From assembly GCA_018659375.1 (NCBI GenBank), contig JABJMO010000002.1, positions 9,465-73,464 of the forward strand: DNA of 64,000 nt. The letters run 5' to 3'. The notes under the pieces are model-generated. The model had not been told where the DNA came from and made no database searches. It saw only the letters and a program-made list of their open reading frames with translations. The stretch is from Methanobacteriota archaeon (GTDB lineage: Archaea > Thermoplasmatota > Poseidoniia > Poseidoniales > Poseidoniaceae). Both the position numbers and the translations under genes were made by a program. The stretch's first letter is position 1; every line of letters begins with the position of its first letter. Below, in pieces: positions 59,383 through 64,000 of this stretch.

Positions 59383-61122
59383 TTGATTGATATGCCTTTT
59401 GGAACACCCCCCTCCGGCGGACCACTAAGCCGAACCAGAACGCGAATTTCTTCATCCTCTTTAACTAAATTTTTACGTTGCCCAAAACAATTTTTTCTTG
59501 GTAATAAATTGGGATTATCTAGCCCTAGGACGATATACCAGGTACTAGGAATTGTGCTAGAAGATTCACTTTGCTCAATTCTTATGCGGCGCCCTGTAAG
59601 TATCAACTCACTTGCCGAGTTAAGAGAATGGTGTTACGAATTGGCTGACGAAGAAGCGCAGAACTGTTTCCAAGTAGGTAAAGAAAATTGGGAATCTACT
59701 ATCTGGCAAAATAAAGAACAAAGTTGGGAAGATGTAGAGGTTGATGAGTTAGCTAGAAAAATAAAGAATGGGCTTTCACTATTTCTGAAAGAAGTCGAAA
59801 ATTGTTACAATTCAAATGGTGGCCCTTATCTTGAAAGATTTAGAAGTGGCGACTCACCTTTCAAAATACCTAGCCCTGCGTGGGGGGAGGAACCAATTTT
59901 CCCAATTGCCGATAAAGTGAGGAATTTTGGCATGAGGTCGTGGTCAAAAGATGAGGTCATGACATGGCAAAATAATGGTCAACCAATTACTTGGAATGAA
60001 GCATGGGAGGTTGCCAGGCCGTGGATAAAAGATCCTAGAGTACATCAACCTCAGAGGTTATTTCACCCTGATGGTTGGGCTGCGGGAGAACTAGATTTAG
60101 TATTAAGATGGGATGGAAATTTAAGAATAGTCGATGTCAAATCAGGTAATCCATCTTCAAAATTTGCTGAATCATTGGGACATCAATTAAATTTTTATGC
60201 TTGGCTGTGGTATGAAACACACGAACAACAAATGGTTGAAGGTATCGAAGGATGGTATCTAGATAACCCTCTAAGAATTCAATATGATGTGCCAAACGAA
60301 GTCGAGATTAATGAGTTAGGGGTTAAGTACAAGAAAATACATAGAGAAATGCTTGATTTAGGGGAAGGTCCTGTTAAGTTTCCCGATGATTATCCAGAGC
60401 CATGTAAGAAATCAGCAGGCTGCTTTTGGTGTTCATTTGGGGAGGACGAATTAGAGCAGGAATCAGATTATCTAATTAGTTTGGAAAAAACAGATGTTAA
60501 GATTTCGCCTCCAAGTCAGAAAATTGGTGAAATCCAATCTAGAGTAAATGTGAAAGGGAAATTTACTGGCCAATGGGGCCCATTACCAAATCACTACTCT
60601 GAGCCAGTTTTAGGGGCAATGGTTAGTGTTTCAGGTACTCAAATTACAGTTGAAGAGAGCGAACCAAACTCATTTCCTAGATTACATGATTATTCGGATG
60701 GTGAGGTGATGATCATCAATGCACTACCAGGGGTTTGGCGAGGAAACTCGCGATTATATTTAGACCATAAGAGTGAGATAATATCGCTAAACGGGGCGGG
60801 TGAGGAGTCAAAAAAGGATCTTGAATTAACTCGTATTGGATTGATGCGGACAAGGGCTAACGTTGAGGGAGTTGTAGTTTCTATAGCAAAAAGAGAAGGT
60901 ATTCGGCTAGATGAAAAACCCTGGTCTATGGTGAATCTACATTTATGGGATGGAACTCATGTTGCTGAAGTAGTGGCATTTGGCTCAAGTATTACCAAGC
61001 AAATGACCGAATTAGCCCCCTTAGATCGAATTAAGATAGTAAGTGCTGAGTTAGGGTGGAGGTCAAGTTTGCCACAATTAAGAATAGACCAAAGGTCAAC
61101 AAGGCTAACAAAGCTTGAATGA
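59383..61122 (+). CDS. Fe-S-cluster PD-(D/E)XK (Cas4/AddB/Exo5-type) nuclease domain fused to two C-terminal OB-fold-like modules, paralogue A
   Basis: ISSSSLTKFLRCPKQFF (N-terminal Cys33), GELDLVLRWDGNLRIVDVKSG (D238; D251-x-K253), QLNFY, and CKKSAGCFWC (C341/C347/C350). The OB-like segments are SRVNVKGKFTG...VMIINALPGVW and ANVEGVVVSIAKREG...VNLHLWDGTHVAEVVAFG...IKIVSAELGW. TTG 59383 or ATG 59392 is the start. Confidence 0.65.
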   Translation: MIDMPFGTPPSGGPLSRTRTRISSSSLTKFLRCPKQFFLGNKLGLSSPRTIYQVLGIVLEDSLCSILMRRPVSINSLAELREWCYELADEEAQNCFQVGKENWESTIWQNKEQSWEDVEVDELARKIKNGLSLFLKEVENCYNSNGGPYLERFRSGDSPFKIPSPAWGEEPIFPIADKVRNFGMRSWSKDEVMTWQNNGQPITWNEAWEVARPWIKDPRVHQPQRLFHPDGWAAGELDLVLRWDGNLRIVDVKSGNPSSKFAESLGHQLNFYAWLWYETHEQQMVEGIEGWYLDNPLRIQYDVPNEVEINELGVKYKKIHREMLDLGEGPVKFPDDYPEPCKKSAGCFWCSFGEDELEQESDYLISLEKTDVKISPPSQKIGEIQSRVNVKGKFTGQWGPLPNHYSEPVLGAMVSVSGTQITVEESEPNSFPRLHDYSDGEVMIINALPGVWRGNSRLYLDHKSEIISLNGAGEESKKDLELTRIGLMRTRANVEGVVVSIAKREGIRLDEKPWSMVNLHLWDGTHVAEVVAFGSSITKQMTELAPLDRIKIVSAELGWRSSLPQLRIDQRSTRLTKLE

Positions 61123-62987
61123 CGGTAGCATTGAAATGGGTAGAACTCTCGTTGGAAATTATGCCGGTAACGGATGTGGTTTTTGAGGATGATTCAGTCG
61201 GGCCATACGACCGGTTATCGTCAAGTCAAGTAAACACATATCGTTCTTGTAAAAGAATGTGGTTTTATGAAAAAGTTTTGAAATTAAAGATACTTCAAAT
61301 ACCAGTTTTGTATGTTGGAAGAGCAGTTGAAGAAGCAATATGTAGAACATTAAAAGAATCACCTTCTCTTATGTTGAAAACAGCTTCTGAATTGACTTTG
61401 TCAAATATTCCGATTGATAATAATGGTAAACCATCGAGAGATACATCTGCCAAGTGGCCATCAAATAGAATAATTCCTTTGCCCATTAAGCAACGACCAA
61501 ATAGTCTAGATGAATTAGAAAATTGGGCTTTAGCAAGGTTAGAGATCCATTTGCCAACTGCATTAGAAAATGCTAGAAAGGATTGGGCGAGGCAGGAAAG
61601 GAAATCGGGTGATTGGTCTGAAGTTAAATATGATTATTGTTTAGAAATGTGTCTTAATGGTATTCGATTCCACCTAAAGGAAGTTAATCGTTGTGTCAAT
61701 ACAATCGATGATGCCATACTCAATGATTGGCGCCGAGGTAAACGTGAATATTGGCCTGCACCAGATGGCTATGGGTATAATCTAGTTGGCAAGCACTCTC
61801 TTTCAGTTACCGGTCCAGTCACGATTGCAGAGGCTTGGGAGATAGCCAGGCCTTGGTTTGTAGAACCAGAGTCTGAAAAGTTCAGTATGAATGCTATACA
61901 TCCAGACTATTGGTTTCAAGGTGAGTATGACATAGTGTATCGCTGGGATGGGAATATCAAGATTGTTGATATCAAAGCAAGTAAAGGCATAGGAGATAGG
62001 TCTGGTGATTACATAGAACAATTACGAATGTATGCAATGTTATGGTGGACCACTCACAAGAAACAAGAAACAGTTGAGAGTTTAGAAATATGGTATTTAG
62101 GGGCTAATGTTACTAAACCAATACCATCACCCAGCATTAATGAAATGTCGGTAATGGAAAGAGACTTGAATCAGTTATATCTTGATATAAAGCTTGAAAA
62201 ACCCTCTATAGAAAAATGCCCTGCAAGCCCTATGCCTTTGAGGGGATTTAGCGAAGGCGGTGTGTTAGCAACACCTCCTGTAGATTTACTTAGGTGTGAC
62301 CGTTGTGATTGGCAATCAATATGTTCTGGTGGCAGTGGGGATGAATATTCTCTCACAGATAATGAATTTTATATCCCTGGTCTAGTAAGTCAAATTAATA
62401 CTGTTGAAATCGAGGAATTGAATGTCAGGTTCAATTTAGATGTCATGGTAGAGACAATAAATTATCCTGAGGGTAAAAATCCAGAACTAAAAGTAATACA
62501 AAATAGTAATCGTGCACGAGTTGATATTATGGTTGGAAAAAATCAGGAAGGAAGGCTAACATGTCCTGAATCGTTAACCAAGGGTCAAAACATATACCTC
62601 AAAAATGTAATATTGACTTCAAACTTCAAAGGCGAATTAACTATCAAAATAGATCCATTAGCAGAAATTCTTGAGTCAGATGAAGGGCTTGAATTTCAAT
62701 CGTTATATGATTTTAGGGCTAGATGGAATATTGCTGGTATGCTTGCCTACAAATACGAACGTAAAGGTATTGGAAGGACCGGTAGAGAATGGCATCGAAA
62801 AGGAATGGTAGTTGTTAATGAAAATAGTTCAATTAAGGTATCTGGTTGGGCCAATGATTGGGGTCATCAATATGAAATGGCAGAAGATGGAAATTATGTA
62901 TTGCTGGTTAATATTGAGTTAGATGCATGGGCTAACCAAATTAAAGGACAAATTGGAAGGAATTCTAGGGCCCATTTGCTTTCTTAA
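61119..62987 (+). CDS. Fe-S-cluster PD-(D/E)XK (Cas4/AddB/Exo5-type) nuclease domain fused to two C-terminal OB-fold-like modules, paralogue B
   Basis: LSSSQVNTYRSCKRMWF (Cys44), GEYDIVYRWDGNIKIVDIKAS (D271; D284-x-K286), QLRMY, and CDRCDWQSIC (C393-x2-C396-x5-C402, the canonical Cas4/AddB spacing). The OB-like segments are VRFNLDVMVETINYPEG...NIYLKNVILTSNFKGELTIKI and WNIAGMLAYKYERKG...VVVNENSSIKVSGWAND...YVLLVNIELDAW. Its ATG overlaps the stop of paralogue A (ATGA). Confidence 0.65.
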   Translation: MTVALKWVELSLEIMPVTDVVFEDDSVGPYDRLSSSQVNTYRSCKRMWFYEKVLKLKILQIPVLYVGRAVEEAICRTLKESPSLMLKTASELTLSNIPIDNNGKPSRDTSAKWPSNRIIPLPIKQRPNSLDELENWALARLEIHLPTALENARKDWARQERKSGDWSEVKYDYCLEMCLNGIRFHLKEVNRCVNTIDDAILNDWRRGKREYWPAPDGYGYNLVGKHSLSVTGPVTIAEAWEIARPWFVEPESEKFSMNAIHPDYWFQGEYDIVYRWDGNIKIVDIKASKGIGDRSGDYIEQLRMYAMLWWTTHKKQETVESLEIWYLGANVTKPIPSPSINEMSVMERDLNQLYLDIKLEKPSIEKCPASPMPLRGFSEGGVLATPPVDLLRCDRCDWQSICSGGSGDEYSLTDNEFYIPGLVSQINTVEIEELNVRFNLDVMVETINYPEGKNPELKVIQNSNRARVDIMVGKNQEGRLTCPESLTKGQNIYLKNVILTSNFKGELTIKIDPLAEILESDEGLEFQSLYDFRARWNIAGMLAYKYERKGIGRTGREWHRKGMVVVNENSSIKVSGWANDWGHQYEMAEDGNYVLLVNIELDAWANQIKGQIGRNSRAHLLS

Positions 62988-62988
62988 A

Positions 62989-63189
62989 TCAGCCACCTGA
63001 TGAAACGGTAGTTACCAATAACTCAATATCTTCATTCAACATCGTTGATAGTGGAATAATTTGGTCTTGATAACTTACAATAACAGTTGATGGTAATATC
63101 TTACATTGAAGTAATGCGTCACGAAGCTTTACTCCATTTTCTGATTGGTAGGTCTGATCTACATCCCGTCCATAGAACTTAATCAACAT
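62989..63189 (-). CDS. ThiS/MoaD/SAMP-like ubiquitin-fold (beta-grasp) protein ending in Gly-Gly
   Basis: MLIKFYGRDVDQTYQSENGVKLRDALLQCKILPSTVIVSYQDQIIPLSTMLNEDIELLVTTVSSGG-stop. It is 66 aa with a ThiS-like layout and a diglycine C-terminus. I set the start to ATG 63189, because the longer track ORF runs through the tRNA gene. Confidence 0.6.
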   Translation of the reverse strand: MLIKFYGRDVDQTYQSENGVKLRDALLQCKILPSTVIVSYQDQIIPLSTMLNEDIELLVTTVSSGG

Positions 63190-63241
63190 GGTTCTGCGAT
63201 GAGCATCATGCTTATGACTGTGGCGCAGAAGGCGCAGTTGA

Positions 63242-63326
63242 GCCGAGATCGCATAGCCCGGTATTGCGGTGGATTCGAAATCCACTGTCGTAAGACGCGG
63301 GGGTTCAAATCCCTCTCTCGGCGCCA
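63242..63326 (+). tRNA. tRNA-Ser (anticodon CGA), class II with long variable arm, CCA encoded
   Basis: Folded by hand. Acceptor GCCGAGA/TCTCGGC, D-stem GCA/TGC with a GG-containing loop, and anticodon stem GTGGA/TCCAC with loop TTCGAAA (CGA). The 13-nt variable arm has a GTC-GTAA-GAC stem-loop. The T-arm is GGGGG-TTCAAAT-CCCTC, followed by discriminator G and CCA. Total length 85 nt. Confidence 0.9.
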
Positions 63327-64000
63327 TTACATGTAGAATGCATCATGAGATTCAGTTATTTCTGAGATCAAGTCATAACTTGAATTCGGCGATATTTGTT
63401 TTAGTTTGGACAGGAGTTTTTCATTTGCATCTTGTGGTATCACTAAATTTAAGTTAAACCATCGATCAATTGACATCAATAGTTGCTGGGAAGCAGTTAT
63501 GTCGCCACTTGCTCCAACAGTAGTTGCTATTGCGCATGCCGTATTTATTCCAAATACCGGCCCTAGGGAGGCTAGTAAAGCCGCCATTCCAATAGCTCCC
63601 GAACTTGGTTCGTCACGCCTAACATTAGCTCCCTTAGACTCTAAATCTACTCGATATTGTGAACTACTTGGGACAATGAATATTTCTTTTCTAGTCGCTT
63701 CGTCAACCATTCCAGCAAGCACAATTGAATCTGTGATATTTTGTTCTTGGAGTATAGATAAAATTTCTCTAGCCATAATTCCTTGATTTTGTGGTTCAAG
63801 AGGTTGAGAGTTACCAGTTATAGTGACGATATAATCGCCTTTTGGAAGTTTGATGTTTCTGACTGTTAGGTGTGGGGGGGAGAGTAATCCATCATCATCA
63901 AGGGTAGCAAGTGGTGGGAGTGCAGTATGATGTAATCTAGCAACTTCTATCGCATCATTAGTCTCGTTTAATGCATCAATTGCAGCCTTACCGATATTTC
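63327..64000 (-). CDS. PAC2 (proteasome assembly chaperone 2-like, COG1938) family protein; N-terminus runs off the right edge
   Basis: The track ORF 63327..63776 continues in frame upstream to the window edge. My translation there reads NIGKAAIDALNETNDAIEVARLHHTALPPLATLDDDGLLSPPHLTVRNIKLPKGDYIVTITGNSQPLEPQNQGIMAREIL... The ...TGNSQP...EILSIL...IVLAGM...GAIGMAALLASL...ACAIATTVG... layout fits my recollection of the PAC2 family. Confidence 0.55.
   Translation of the reverse strand, partial: NIGKAAIDALNETNDAIEVARLHHTALPPLATLDDDGLLSPPHLTVRNIKLPKGDYIVTITGNSQPLEPQNQGIMAREILSILQEQNITDSIVLAGMVDEATRKEIFIVPSSSQYRVDLESKGANVRRDEPSSGAIGMAALLASLGPVFGINTACAIATTVGASGDITASQQLLMSIDRWFNLNLVIPQDANEKLLSKLKQISPNSSYDLISEITESHDAFYM

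Noticed and set aside
62989-63327. 112-aa minus-strand ORF in the track (MAPREGFEPPRLTTVDFESTAIPGYAISAQL...).
   Set aside because: Its first 46 codons are the reverse complement of the tRNA-Ser gene (63242-63326) and the spacer. The conserved-looking EGFEPP peptide is the classic antisense-tRNA artefact. Only the C-terminal 66 aa, from ATG 63189, look like a real ThiS/SAMP-like gene.

Overview
This is a visibly AT-rich (GC not computed), very gene-dense chromosomal segment. I call 52 protein genes and one tRNA. Intergenic DNA is minimal, many neighbouring genes overlap by 1-4 nt, and GGAGG/GGTGA Shine-Dalgarno-like boxes are frequent. The host is an archaeon. The archaeal markers are RPA plus an RPA-associated protein, Hel308, Cgi121, Dph2, ribosomal protein L10e, ABCE1, a PAC2-family protein, a class-III-signal pilin and a FlaI/FlaJ-type pilus module. 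Mixed in are bacterial-type modules: GyrB/GyrA, MutS/MutL, a class II CCA-adding enzyme and TldD/PmbA. There is also a block of secreted or anchored peptidases and a 1403-aa PKD-repeat surface protein. That mix fits planktonic marine Thermoplasmatota (Marine Group II / Poseidoniales-like), but the taxonomic call is inference only. I saw no rRNA, CRISPR array, transposase, integrase or prophage. The best candidate for something undescribed is at 59383-62987. It is two translationally coupled paralogues, each a Cas4/AddB-type Fe-S PD-(D/E)XK nuclease core fused to two OB-fold-like modules, sitting directly behind ABCE1. Secondary observations include an ABCE1 gene that can only start at a non-canonical ATT codon and has a seven-cysteine Fe-S domain, and a porphobilinogen-deaminase-like protein without the cofactor cysteine. 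There is also a GcvH-like protein whose lipoyl-lysine position is Glu, an EF-hand protein, a Tmk fusion, a split-FlaJ pilus operon and a PAC2 / tRNA-Ser / diglycine beta-grasp arrangement. All family assignments rest on motif recognition by eye from the supplied translations and my own translations. No database search was run.
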